Below, piece after piece: positions 54,889 through 64,000 of a stretch of DNA of 64,000 bases. This DNA comes from a virus. Lineage: Duplodnaviria; Caudoviricetes. The notes under the pieces were generated by a model. That model searched no databases. It saw only the letters and a program-made list of their open reading frames with translations, and had not been told where the DNA came from. The position numbers and the translations under genes are program-made. How positions within the stretch are numbered: position 1 is the first letter of the stretch; every line of letters begins with the position of its first letter. The stretch covers positions 1 to 64,000 of the IMG/VR virus record IMGVR_UViG_2974796119_000001; one strand, given 5' to 3'.

Positions 54889-56097
54889 ATGGGGTTAATA
54901 AATAACGAAGAACTTTACCCAAAAGACAAAAAAATAACTATCAACGATCAAGTTATTGGTTCTGATAAAGATAATAATGGAGTTACAAGAAATTACCCCA
55001 TGTCTGGTATTGTTAGCGTAATAAACGATGCTAACGAATTAAAATTTAGCCTATATAAGTACTCTGATGATGATGCTAATCTAAGAAAAGGAGTATTCAA
55101 TATTACCGGTTCAGATTTTAAGTTTAGCGATACAGATCAGGAAAGTAATAATAATACTGCTTTATTTAATGTTATAAAAAACAATAAAGAAAATATTATC
55201 TTATACCTTAAAGATGGTACTGAGAATTTCGGGTATTATCATGTTAAAAATGCGACTCAAAACACTCAAAGTTTTACTTTCGAGTTAGAGCTAATACATA
55301 ATATTAAAGCAGGTTCTTACGTGTTAGAAAACACTTATGTTTTTAACATAGGAATAACAACATCTACATTAACTCAAATACAATCTGACTGGAATGAATC
55401 AAACGCTGTAGAGCCAAGTTTTATTAAAAACAAGCCCCTAATACCTACAAAATACACAGACGAAGAAGTTCGTGATGTAGTAGGAGCTACGCTAGTAGCA
55501 GGTTCAAACGTAACAATAACACCAGATGATGCAGCAGACACTATTACAATAGATGCTACTAGTTCAGGAACAACAGATTTAAGCTATGTGCCAAGTACAA
55601 GAACAATAGAATCTAGTAGTGGTAAAAACACTGTGATACCAACAGTAACTTCTGCTAACGCAGGGTTAATGAAGGCTAATTTTTACGAAGAAGGTACATT
55701 CAATCCTGTTTTAAATGCAGTTGGTGTTACTGATTATAAAGTGACCCAAGCAACAGGAGGTTATACAAGAGTTGGAAATTTAGTACATTATTACATAACA
55801 ATATATACATCAGGTAATACTATTGGAACACCTACATCGGAATTAAAAATATCAGGTTTACCTTTTAATAGTTTAAGTACTCAATCTTTAGAGGGGGGTG
55901 TTGTGAGGTTTTTTGTAGGTTCAAATTTATCCCTTACTGATGTATCAAATTTAACAATAGGAATTGGGTTTAATTCTACAGATTTATATTTCCATTTAAA
56001 ACACATAACACCTACTTCTCCCTCACCAATTACTTTTTCAGGTGGAGGAATTATAAGAGTATCAGGTACATACACAACAAATTTTTACACCCCATAA
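54889..56097 (+). CDS. Tail fibre protein
   Basis: QSDW..SFIKNKP motif; C-terminal GTFNPVL..YTRVGNLV..ISGLPF receptor-binding-type domain. Confidence 0.75.
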   Translation: MGLINNEELYPKDKKITINDQVIGSDKDNNGVTRNYPMSGIVSVINDANELKFSLYKYSDDDANLRKGVFNITGSDFKFSDTDQESNNNTALFNVIKNNKENIILYLKDGTENFGYYHVKNATQNTQSFTFELELIHNIKAGSYVLENTYVFNIGITTSTLTQIQSDWNESNAVEPSFIKNKPLIPTKYTDEEVRDVVGATLVAGSNVTITPDDAADTITIDATSSGTTDLSYVPSTRTIESSSGKNTVIPTVTSANAGLMKANFYEEGTFNPVLNAVGVTDYKVTQATGGYTRVGNLVHYYITIYTSGNTIGTPTSELKISGLPFNSLSTQSLEGGVVRFFVGSNLSLTDVSNLTIGIGFNSTDLYFHLKHITPTSPSPITFSGGGIIRVSGTYTTNFYTP

Positions 56098-56137
56098 CAA
56101 ATAAGAATATTAATTATTAATCTAAATACAAATACAA

Positions 56138-56266
56138 ATGTCAAATTTAAAAGAAGAGTACAAAATGAAACCTGAATGTGAAGAAAACACATCAACAGAA
56201 CAAGAAGAACCAATACAAGAAGGTTCTAAAGATATTATTGGTCCAAGGCCTGGAGATAGAGAATAA
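56138..56266 (+). CDS. 42-aa acidic peptide
   Basis: Fills the gap, coupled to the next gene; translated by hand. Confidence 0.45.
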   Translation: MSNLKEEYKMKPECEENTSTEQEEPIQEGSKDIIGPRPGDRE

Positions 56267-56605
56267 ATGAAATTAGAAAGCAAAATAATCTGTGTATTCT
56301 TACTTATATGGAGTGTTTTAGTTTATCAATTTTGGGGCTTATTACTAGAAAAATATAGTATAAAAATATTTTACCCTGGCATTGCATTAATGATGCTAGG
56401 GTTTGTATTTGTAATTTGGAGTGAATCTAAAAACAAATCGTTTAAATATTTTATGGAGCTATTTTTATTATTATCTTTTAGTAATTTAATAGACGAAATA
56501 TTTTTTGACCCAACAAAATTAGAAATTAATGAACTAATTATTGCTTTATTTTTAGTTTTCAGATTTACCTTCATAATATGGAAGACAAAGAAAGAAAAAC
56601 ACTAG
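56267..56605 (+). CDS. Multi-TM membrane protein (holin candidate)
   Basis: About four TM segments, in the lysis cluster. Confidence 0.6.
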   Translation: MKLESKIICVFLLIWSVLVYQFWGLLLEKYSIKIFYPGIALMMLGFVFVIWSESKNKSFKYFMELFLLLSFSNLIDEIFFDPTKLEINELIIALFLVFRFTFIIWKTKKEKH

Positions 56606-56826
56606 ACATATTGGATTCAAAAGTGACTAAAATTTTGTTTCATTTAGAAAGTGACCCCCGAACAAATACAAAAGGATTAGTCGAAAAGTTCGGTATCATG
56701 GAAGAGCAAATTAAAGATTTGCTAACTCGTGAAAGGATTTACAAAGCAAAAGCAGGTGTGTATGGCATCTTTGGAGGTGCTGCTTTGTGGCTTATTAAAG
56801 AATTTATAAGTAAAATTATACCTTAA
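56578..56826 (+). CDS. C-terminally anchored membrane protein (lysis cluster)
   Basis: Coiled coil + GVYGIFGGAALWLI TM segment. Confidence 0.6.
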   Translation: MEDKERKTLDILDSKVTKILFHLESDPRTNTKGLVEKFGIMEEQIKDLLTRERIYKAKAGVYGIFGGAALWLIKEFISKIIP

Positions 56827-56860
56827 TAACCACAATAGAAATAATTAAAAAAAACAAATA

Positions 56861-57337
56861 ATGTATACTTTCGGAAAAACCAGTAAAGAAAAAATATCAA
56901 CTTGCCATATAGATTTGCAAAAGATATTCAAATTAGCAATATCAAGAAGTGTAGTAGATTTTGGAATTTCAGAAGGTCATAGGCCTATAGAAATTCAAAA
57001 ACAATATTATGCAATTGGAAGAACAGTTGATCTTCACAGGAAACCGATAACAAACATAGATGGTGTCAGTAAACTTGGTAAACATAATAAAATCCCTTCA
57101 GAAGCAACAGATTTTTATGCTTACCATAGTGACACTAGTACTAGAAAAAAGATTGCTTATGATACCAACCACTTATCTTACATATATGGAGTATTAGATT
57201 GTTGCGCTAAAGAGCTATATGAAAAAGGCGAAATAACCCATTTATTAAGATGGGGAGCCAATTGGGATAAAGATGGAGTTTTGTATTACGACCAATCTTT
57301 TGATGATGCACCACACGTAGAACTTTACAAGCCTTAA
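56861..57337 (+). CDS. Endolysin, M15-family Zn peptidase
   Basis: EGHRPIEIQK, KHN..SEATD, RWGANW, FDDAPHVEL. Confidence 0.9.
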   Translation: MYTFGKTSKEKISTCHIDLQKIFKLAISRSVVDFGISEGHRPIEIQKQYYAIGRTVDLHRKPITNIDGVSKLGKHNKIPSEATDFYAYHSDTSTRKKIAYDTNHLSYIYGVLDCCAKELYEKGEITHLLRWGANWDKDGVLYYDQSFDDAPHVELYKP

Positions 57338-57340
57338 ATT

Positions 57341-57988
57341 ATGAAAAAATATATCCAACCTACAATTATTATAATTTTAATAGCTCTATTATTGAATCAA
57401 TTTTTCTTTAATAGAGCATTAAGCTCAAGATACGAAGAGAATATTAAAGCTCAGGAAGACACTACTTCATACTACAGAAACAAGTTAGGCCAAGAAGTAT
57501 CTACAAAATTATCTTTACAATTAACAAAAAGAGAATTAAACAAAAAGCTAGAAACTAAATCAGAAGAAAACATTAGACTGAAAGAAGCTTTAAGAAAGAT
57601 GAAGAAACCAATAGTGGTTATTCAGTCAGATCAAGAAGTTGAAATAGATACAATCTATGTACCTTTAAAAAACAATAAAGATTATCAATTCTCTTTCAAT
57701 GAAAAAGTAAACAAAAAATGGTTCTCTTTAGATATTAAAGGAAATGAGAAAGGGTTATATATAAGCGATTTTAAGCTACAAAATAATCAAACATTGGTAT
57801 TTGGGTGGAAAAAGAAAAATATATTCTATAACCCTGAATTAAGAGCTGAAATAACGAATACAAATCCATACTTCAAACAAACAAATGTAAAACCTATCTA
57901 TATAGTGTATAAAAGGTCATGGTACGAAAACCCGATGTACACAATACCCGCAGGTTTCATATTAGGAGCTGCAGTTTCTAAATTTTAA
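57341..57988 (+). CDS. Spanin (Rz-like) candidate
   Basis: N-terminal TM segment plus coiled coil, directly after the endolysin. Confidence 0.6.
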   Translation: MKKYIQPTIIIILIALLLNQFFFNRALSSRYEENIKAQEDTTSYYRNKLGQEVSTKLSLQLTKRELNKKLETKSEENIRLKEALRKMKKPIVVIQSDQEVEIDTIYVPLKNNKDYQFSFNEKVNKKWFSLDIKGNEKGLYISDFKLQNNQTLVFGWKKKNIFYNPELRAEITNTNPYFKQTNVKPIYIVYKRSWYENPMYTIPAGFILGAAVSKF

Positions 57989-57995
57989 TTAAATA

Positions 57996-58040
57996 CATTA
58001 CCAATTAAATACTTATTGATAGATAATTATATTAATTTAG
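57996..58040 (+). promoter_or_regulatory. Late promoter
   Basis: CATTACCAATT + TAATTTAG at 37 bp. Confidence 0.65.
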
Positions 58041-58068
58041 TGGCACGAATTAATTATTATTTACCACT

Positions 58069-59100
58069 ATGTCTAAACGTTTTAAAACAACTGGCAACTA
58101 TTTTGTTGTTGGTGATACCGAAACCGGTCTGGAAGAAATTAGAGAAGCTAAAGGAAATATTTCTTATAAGGAACTTCAGGGTTCTATACTTTTCTTTTTA
58201 GTATCTACCGGAATAAAAATTTCAGCAAACTTATATAATAAAGATAATATTGTAAATGGAGACAGCAACGATGCTCCTTTTGCTGATATTGCAGCTTTAA
58301 AAAAATACCTAGACGATAACACGGCTTTTAGCTCGGCCTCGGGAAGTAGCGGGGCGTTATCTATTCCAGATAAATTTATATTCGAAACAAATACAGCTAG
58401 AGACACTTATTTTACATCAAATCCAACGGAAAAAACAACCGGTTTAAATATACTTGTTAAACAACCTCAGTTAGTAATAGAGCGATGGAATGGAAGTTCA
58501 TGGGATTCATCTACTACTGTTATTAAAGGCGATGATGGAGTCGGTTTAAAAAACATTTTAAAAGGTATAGAAAACACGAATACTGGAGCAATTTCTATTG
58601 CGTTCATGACTACAGATGGAAAAACATATTTAGTAGAAACACCTCCATTAAAAGGAGATAAAGGATTGCCTGGTGATAAAGGAGATACAGGAGAGGTTTC
58701 ACTAGCTGAACTACAAAAATACCCACAAGAAGCTTACTCTTCTTACAATTACATAAGAAGATTAACTAGAGGAAGAGGGTGGGTTTTAGTAGCTAAATTT
58801 AGATTTGATTCTTCTAAGGTTAAAATAACTAATGTTAATTGTTTAGTAGAATTTCAAAAATCTGAATTAACTGCTGATACTGATTATATATTTAGAAATG
58901 CTAATAACACCTTACAGGTTTATTTTTATAAATCAAACATAGGTCGTTTAGATGGTTTTAATATTATCAATTTAACAAAATCATTAAGCCATACAAATAA
59001 TGGGATTTTAGATATAGAAGTAATAGCTAGAAAAACAAGTTCTACAGGAAAAACAACTTCTTATTCAGTAGATGTAACTTTTGAAGGTATTAATTCTTAA
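58069..59100 (+). CDS. Fibre/appendage protein with short collagen-like stretch
   Basis: KGDKGLPGDKGDTGE. Confidence 0.65.
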   Translation: MSKRFKTTGNYFVVGDTETGLEEIREAKGNISYKELQGSILFFLVSTGIKISANLYNKDNIVNGDSNDAPFADIAALKKYLDDNTAFSSASGSSGALSIPDKFIFETNTARDTYFTSNPTEKTTGLNILVKQPQLVIERWNGSSWDSSTTVIKGDDGVGLKNILKGIENTNTGAISIAFMTTDGKTYLVETPPLKGDKGLPGDKGDTGEVSLAELQKYPQEAYSSYNYIRRLTRGRGWVLVAKFRFDSSKVKITNVNCLVEFQKSELTADTDYIFRNANNTLQVYFYKSNIGRLDGFNIINLTKSLSHTNNGILDIEVIARKTSSTGKTTSYSVDVTFEGINS

Positions 59101-59111
59101 TAAGAATAATT

Positions 59112-60224
59112 ATGTTAAAATTTAAATATAAAAAAACATCGGACGGAAGTTATGGAAATGTAATTTCTTATTCAGATAATGATGCTAGTTTAAAATTAGG
59201 TAATAGTACTTACGACAATAATTACGGTTTTACATTTGTTGATGATGATAAATTAATACCGTTAACAGATAATCTTAATGTTACCGATAATGAGTTTCCT
59301 GCTTTTATAGAAGAGCCTACTGTAATGTATAATGGAAATAAAAATGCATCATTGAATTTTACGGATCAAGATGTTTTATTCGATGGAATGACTTTAAAAG
59401 TAGAAAATCAAAGTAATTTTATTTTTACAGTTACTTGTGAAAACTCTTCTGAAGATGTTATTATAGATTCAAAACAAAGCAGAATAGTTCAATACTTGTC
59501 AGTTCCAAATAGATTTATTGAATTTGCAGGAGGTAATACAGCATTAACGGTATCAAAAGACGATACCGCTAAAACAATTACTATAAACGGAAATACTTTA
59601 GATTTACATACTTGGTTTAATGGTTTAGCACCAGACACAGATAAACCAACTACTCCTACCAATATTCAATCTAGTAGTATTGGAGATACAACAGCTAGTT
59701 TATCATGGACTGCTTCTACAGATAATGCAGGTGTAATAGGTTATGACGTATATGTAAACGGAGTATTAACTAAATCAGTTACAGGAAATTCAGCTACATT
59801 AACAGGATTAACACCAGACACTAATTACTCTATAACTATAAAAGCTAAAGATTCAGCAAATAATTATTCTGATTTTAGTCAAGCAACTGCTTTTAAAACA
59901 TTACAAGTAACTAGTTCAATTAAATCATATAGTGGTTTTTATAATGGAGCAACTATAGACGAAGTAAATGCTAAAACTTTAACTATTAAACAAGTTTCTA
60001 ATCCATTAACTAATTGGCACATGACCCAAGACGGTCAACAAAGTCGATATTCTTACATAATATTACCAACATTAGAAGCAAGTAAAGTAAATAGTGTTAA
60101 AACACAAGGAGGTTTACCGGGTAACTGGAATAACCAATCACTTACTATAGATAGTATAGCATACACAGCTATTAGAAGCCCATATAAAATGTGGGATGAA
60201 AACGTAACTTTTGTAACAGAATAA
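59112..60224 (+). CDS. Fibronectin type III domain structural protein
   Basis: DTDKPTTPTN...LSWTASTDNAGVIGYDVY...LTGLTPDTNYSITIKAKD. Confidence 0.85.
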   Translation: MLKFKYKKTSDGSYGNVISYSDNDASLKLGNSTYDNNYGFTFVDDDKLIPLTDNLNVTDNEFPAFIEEPTVMYNGNKNASLNFTDQDVLFDGMTLKVENQSNFIFTVTCENSSEDVIIDSKQSRIVQYLSVPNRFIEFAGGNTALTVSKDDTAKTITINGNTLDLHTWFNGLAPDTDKPTTPTNIQSSSIGDTTASLSWTASTDNAGVIGYDVYVNGVLTKSVTGNSATLTGLTPDTNYSITIKAKDSANNYSDFSQATAFKTLQVTSSIKSYSGFYNGATIDEVNAKTLTIKQVSNPLTNWHMTQDGQQSRYSYIILPTLEASKVNSVKTQGGLPGNWNNQSLTIDSIAYTAIRSPYKMWDENVTFVTE

Positions 60225-60234
60225 AAAAATTAAT

Positions 60235-63200
60235 ATGACAACATTTACAAATAACACACCTATAAACAGCCCTATTACTCCAGGAACAGATAACAGAAAC
60301 ACATGGGCAACTCACTACGCAAAATATGGAGCAGGAGGTTTCGAAATTGTAGCAAATGACGCAGAAAGAAATTTAATATCTACTGATAGATTAGCTAATA
60401 AAATGATTTTTAACTTAGAAACAAATAAGTTTAATCATTATAGTCAAAGTGCATGGGTAGAAACAACTGTAGATAATGTACCTCCTGAAGTAATAGCTGA
60501 CATTAAAGCTAATTCAGGTGAAATAAATAGACTTAAAACACATATAGGTAATAATCCTGATGGAATTTATTCATATAGAGGTAAAGTAGCACCTACATAT
60601 CCAGCAACAGCTAAAGAAGGATATTATATATCTATGTATGCTTTACAAGCAAATCCTACTAGATTAAATTTACCTTCAGGAAGTTTAGTTAGTGATACCA
60701 TTTTCTGTTTAGATAACACAGATACAAATGACACTATTTTACTTACTGCTGCTACTGGTTTTAACATAGGTGATCTTCAGGCTTCAACAATAAATGTTCC
60801 CGCAGGAAATATGGTTTTTCTTGTTTTAGACGTTCAAAGTGGAGCTGATGATAATTGGGTATTGGCTTTTTCTGGAGCCATACCAAATTCACTTGATGGA
60901 ATTAGTTCATACATTAAAACTAAATTAGGAGGTAGCTTACATACTATCGCTGAAATTGAAGCTGTTTTAAAAGATAGACTTCATACATTTAATGAAATTC
61001 AAAAAGAGTTTTCAAATCAATTACATACTATTACAGAATTAGAATTAAATGGTTTTGAAAAAGATACTTATGAGTACGGATTTGTAGATAATAATGTAGT
61101 TCCTAGCGATAGTTCTTGGTTAATTAATCAAGCTAGAATTGCAGAACCAACAAACATACCTGCTCAAAACAAAGGTAATAAACACTTAGCTTTAGCTATA
61201 CCTATCATAGTTGAGCCTTTAATTGAAAAACTAAAAGTTAATGATATAGATACAGTTTATATTTCAGAATATTACACAGGTGGAACAATACCTAGAAAAA
61301 TATTAATCACTAATAGTCCAGTTGACACTAGTGCTATTGTAAAGGTTGAATTTCAGATAGGTGTAAATGATGTTGACATAAATAAGCTATGGGATAAAGG
61401 AATACAGACCAATATGGTTAAGTATGGCTTTGCAAAAACATACGCTACAGCACTATCGGATTTTGATTTAAAAGGTGATGCTAACATAGATGAAACTACA
61501 AATATTACGGCTCCTGCAGGTAGCCCAATATTAGTTTTAAGAGTGCCTAGAACATTATCTCTTACTATAGATACAATTGAAGTTGGCAGTACACTTCAAG
61601 TAGGAGCTGATTCAGTAGAGGTTAATTTTGGAGACAAAGATTATATCTTTTGGAAATTCTCTCAACCAATGACAACTGATGTATCAACAACATTGCATTT
61701 TAACCTATATGACAAGTTCCCAAAATCATCTGATGGAGGAATAGGTTTAAAAGGTGATGAATCTACAGAAGTATTTATAGGTATTACTGATTTAGAAATG
61801 CCAAACAGTATAGTTGAGTCACCACAAGGAGAAAGTACTACTGCGATTATAAAACCTTATGTAAAAACTACATTTCCTATAGATGACGAAGAAAATCCAA
61901 ATGCAAATCAGGAATTTAAAGCTACAGCAATGCAGTTTTTAAAGCCGTTAAAAGGTTTTTCTGATCCTAATGAACAAACTGGTGTTGTTGTAGAGATAGA
62001 TCATAATGCTTATGAAGAGAAACATAACTCTGGAATGCTAACTTACTTGTCATATTCAGAACAATTATTAGGTTCGCATGATGATAATTTGAGATACAGA
62101 AAAGGAGCTATTTGGTTTGACGATATTATTATTAATGCTGATGGAGTTGGTATCGTAAAAGATGCATCAAAAAAGTCTTATGGTATTCAAGAATACGATG
62201 GTAAAGACCCAAATGTAACAGGTGGAACAGATTTCTTAATTGCATTTAGAGCATCTTTTAAAGGTCAAGCACAAAACGGAGGATTTATTAGATTAATGTT
62301 AATAAACTCTAATGCTACACCTGTAGATACTGTAGCAGATACTTATATCACAAATAAAGATGGTGGTTTAATGGCTTCTGAAAGATATTACCAACAAGGG
62401 GAGTATTTAGAAGACATGGAAGTATTGGGTATTGTTACCGCTAAACAACTTGAAGAGTTTAAATGTGTTATTATAACTAATATTACTGGTGGAGATATTT
62501 ATTTGAATGATAAAGAAGATGGAATATCAGGATTAATGATACAGTCTTTAAGTTCAACAGAAAAAACAGGGCAAGCACTTGTTCAATATGAATTAGACAC
62601 TAAACAAGACATTAATTTTATTCAACTGTATTTAGGGGCCGATAGAGCCACATTCTCTTATGCGTTAACTGATGATGTTGCGTTTAAAACAATGCCTATA
62701 AATTCATACACAGATGAATTAAATGGATGGGGTTATTATGCCGTTGCTCAAAACGGATTTAGCATACAAAATCATTATGTAGAAATAGACAATGATTTTA
62801 ACATTCACCATATATTTAATGCTGATGAAACTAGAGCATTAAGAGGAAAGCTAATTAAAGTTACGACTGAGTTAACTAACGTTCAAGTAGGTTATACAGT
62901 AGCTTTAGTTAAGCATATTGGAACTCCTAATAAATACGACCCTGATATTTTTAAAACTAGAAACCAGTTTGCGCCAGTAATGGAAAGTACCTGGGAGATA
63001 GTCGATAGGAATATTATAAATATGACTTCTAGTGATACATTCCATATCAATATACATAACTTTACAGTACCTATGGATGCTGTTAATTACGCTATTGTTA
63101 TTTATCCTGAGTCAGATTTTGGAAGTGCTGAAATTAAACTAAAAGAATTAAAAGTAGATGTATTAAATCCTTTTAATGCTTACTACTTACACTCTACAAG

Positions 63201-64000
63201 TAAATTAAATGAAACTCACTTAACACTTGATAAAGAGTACGCTCAGTTCTCACAAGATCAAGAGGATTATTACTCTTTAAGATACACTTTAAAGAACTCT
63301 CCAACAGCAATGCCTGTAGGTATTTTAAAATCAGGTAAAGCAGAAATAACCATAGACCCAACTATTAACGTTGTTCAAGGTTCGTCTGCAACTGGAGGGG
63401 AAGGAGCTTTAAAGTTTGAAAGAGACGGTATTGTAACTATAAATAGCCAGTTTAGAGTGTTTAACGAAAAGAAAACAGCGTATAATACTCAGTTCTGGTG
63501 GTCGAAAGTTAGTGATGATGGGCAAGTTTTTACAAAAATACAAGATTCAGATATTACCGCTTTGATTAATCCTACAGCAACAGGCACGGCAACTACTGGA
63601 TTAAAAGCAATACCAGTAATAATGAAAATGCCAGAGTTCTCGTTGGAAGTTAAGGCAGGGGAAAGATTGGCTTTATTCGGTCAATCAGATGTGTTAGATG
63701 GTGCTTATATTATATCATATAGTCATGACAAACCTTTAGTTGATACTAAAATTAATTATAAAGAAATAGTAGCCACTTCTGATGTTCCTAATACTGGAGA
63801 GATTTTAGACACGGATTTAAACCCCGATCATTTCTCAACGAATGAAACAACTGGTGAAGTTTCATTAACAGATGAAATAATAGGTTTAGATTTAAGTTCA
63901 TTTGACAGGAAATCAGCACATCAAATAGTTGGAATCAAAGATTTTACAAATTCAAGTTCAGTTACTATTCCTTTAGACGTACCTGTAGGAGTAACCGTAG
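60235..64000 (+). CDS. Large tail/fibre protein, partial (over 1250 aa, runs off the window)
   Basis: Translated by hand: open from ATG 60235 (MTTFTNNTPINSPITPGTD..WATHYAKYGAGG) to the end; absent from the ORF track because it has no stop. Confidence 0.8.
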   Translation, partial: MTTFTNNTPINSPITPGTDNRNTWATHYAKYGAGGFEIVANDAERNLISTDRLANKMIFNLETNKFNHYSQSAWVETTVDNVPPEVIADIKANSGEINRLKTHIGNNPDGIYSYRGKVAPTYPATAKEGYYISMYALQANPTRLNLPSGSLVSDTIFCLDNTDTNDTILLTAATGFNIGDLQASTINVPAGNMVFLVLDVQSGADDNWVLAFSGAIPNSLDGISSYIKTKLGGSLHTIAEIEAVLKDRLHTFNEIQKEFSNQLHTITELELNGFEKDTYEYGFVDNNVVPSDSSWLINQARIAEPTNIPAQNKGNKHLALAIPIIVEPLIEKLKVNDIDTVYISEYYTGGTIPRKILITNSPVDTSAIVKVEFQIGVNDVDINKLWDKGIQTNMVKYGFAKTYATALSDFDLKGDANIDETTNITAPAGSPILVLRVPRTLSLTIDTIEVGSTLQVGADSVEVNFGDKDYIFWKFSQPMTTDVSTTLHFNLYDKFPKSSDGGIGLKGDESTEVFIGITDLEMPNSIVESPQGESTTAIIKPYVKTTFPIDDEENPNANQEFKATAMQFLKPLKGFSDPNEQTGVVVEIDHNAYEEKHNSGMLTYLSYSEQLLGSHDDNLRYRKGAIWFDDIIINADGVGIVKDASKKSYGIQEYDGKDPNVTGGTDFLIAFRASFKGQAQNGGFIRLMLINSNATPVDTVADTYITNKDGGLMASERYYQQGEYLEDMEVLGIVTAKQLEEFKCVIITNITGGDIYLNDKEDGISGLMIQSLSSTEKTGQALVQYELDTKQDINFIQLYLGADRATFSYALTDDVAFKTMPINSYTDELNGWGYYAVAQNGFSIQNHYVEIDNDFNIHHIFNADETRALRGKLIKVTTELTNVQVGYTVALVKHIGTPNKYDPDIFKTRNQFAPVMESTWEIVDRNIINMTSSDTFHINIHNFTVPMDAVNYAIVIYPESDFGSAEIKLKELKVDVLNPFNAYYLHSTSKLNETHLTLDKEYAQFSQDQEDYYSLRYTLKNSPTAMPVGILKSGKAEITIDPTINVVQGSSATGGEGALKFERDGIVTINSQFRVFNEKKTAYNTQFWWSKVSDDGQVFTKIQDSDITALINPTATGTATTGLKAIPVIMKMPEFSLEVKAGERLALFGQSDVLDGAYIISYSHDKPLVDTKINYKEIVATSDVPNTGEILDTDLNPDHFSTNETTGEVSLTDEIIGLDLSSFDRKSAHQIVGIKDFTNSSSVTIPLDVPVGVTV

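Larger units (their letters stand above)
1..64000. mobile_element. Tailed dsDNA phage genome segment (probable Flavobacteriaceae/Bacteroidota host; crAss-like morphogenesis genes plus lambdoid-type replication)
   Basis: TerL, portal, capsid, tail, lysis and O/P-like replication genes; dense small early ORFs; no housekeeping operons; TAnnTTTG promoters. Confidence 0.95.

Noticed and set aside
1476-56574. Numerous minus-strand ORFs in the track (e.g. 13958-14347, 26453-26926, 34161-34517, 42483-42818)
   Set aside because: Antisense shadows of well-supported plus-strand genes; S/F/L-rich as expected from an A-rich opposite strand
58016-58201. Possible overlapping o-spanin ORF
   Set aside because: No lipobox; non-ATG start; overlaps a late promoter and the next gene
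1-64000. Stop-codon reassignment (TAG/TGA) as in some crAss-like phages
   Set aside because: Large structural genes are intact in the standard code and coding density is high
1-64000. CRISPR array, TIGR-like array or DGR
   Set aside because: No regularly spaced repeats with unique spacers, no cas, Nop-domain or reverse-transcriptase gene, and no adenine-variable repeat pair noticed by eye; a computational self-alignment was not run
1-64000. Integrated prophage with host flanks
   Set aside because: No integrase, att context or housekeeping operon in the window; lifestyle cannot be settled from this segment

Overview
The whole window is one AT-rich, nearly all +strand bacteriophage genome segment, most likely infecting a Flavobacteriaceae/Bacteroidota host (TAnnTTTG promoters, no Shine-Dalgarno motifs, Ala-Gln signal peptides, a flavobacterial NdpA-type gene). 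No host chromosomal DNA is visible. Layout: (1) 1-600, non-coding G/T-skewed region, possibly a genome end. (2) 0.6-16.7 kb, early/middle genes: RadC/JAB, ParB-like, ClpX-like AAA+, SSAP, nucleoid protein, DUF3268, C5 methyltransferase, Gp157, SMC-like ATPase, stand-alone DnaA domain IV. (3) 16.9-22.8 kb, lambda O/P-style replication with an iteron origin inside the initiator gene, then small genes, an XRE regulator and an outer-membrane beta-barrel. (4) 23.4-64 kb, a crAss-like/podoviral morphogenesis module (scaffold, capsid, ring and muzzle proteins, ejection proteins including a 2482-aa polyvalent protein, TerL, portal, fibres, lysis), interrupted by an accessory island at 32.9-37.4 kb. 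The most striking signals are non-coding. The first 4.7 kb of the early operon is punctuated by RNA-processing elements: a pistol self-cleaving ribozyme (2564-2641), three 46-57 nt mini-tRNA-like structures and three long hairpins. There are also two sequence-unrelated kissing-loop leaders with the same architecture, attC-like gene cassettes with complementary core/inverse-core sites, and a late-promoter motif at fixed 37-bp spacing found seven times. All protein assignments come from motifs recognised by eye; no database searches were run.
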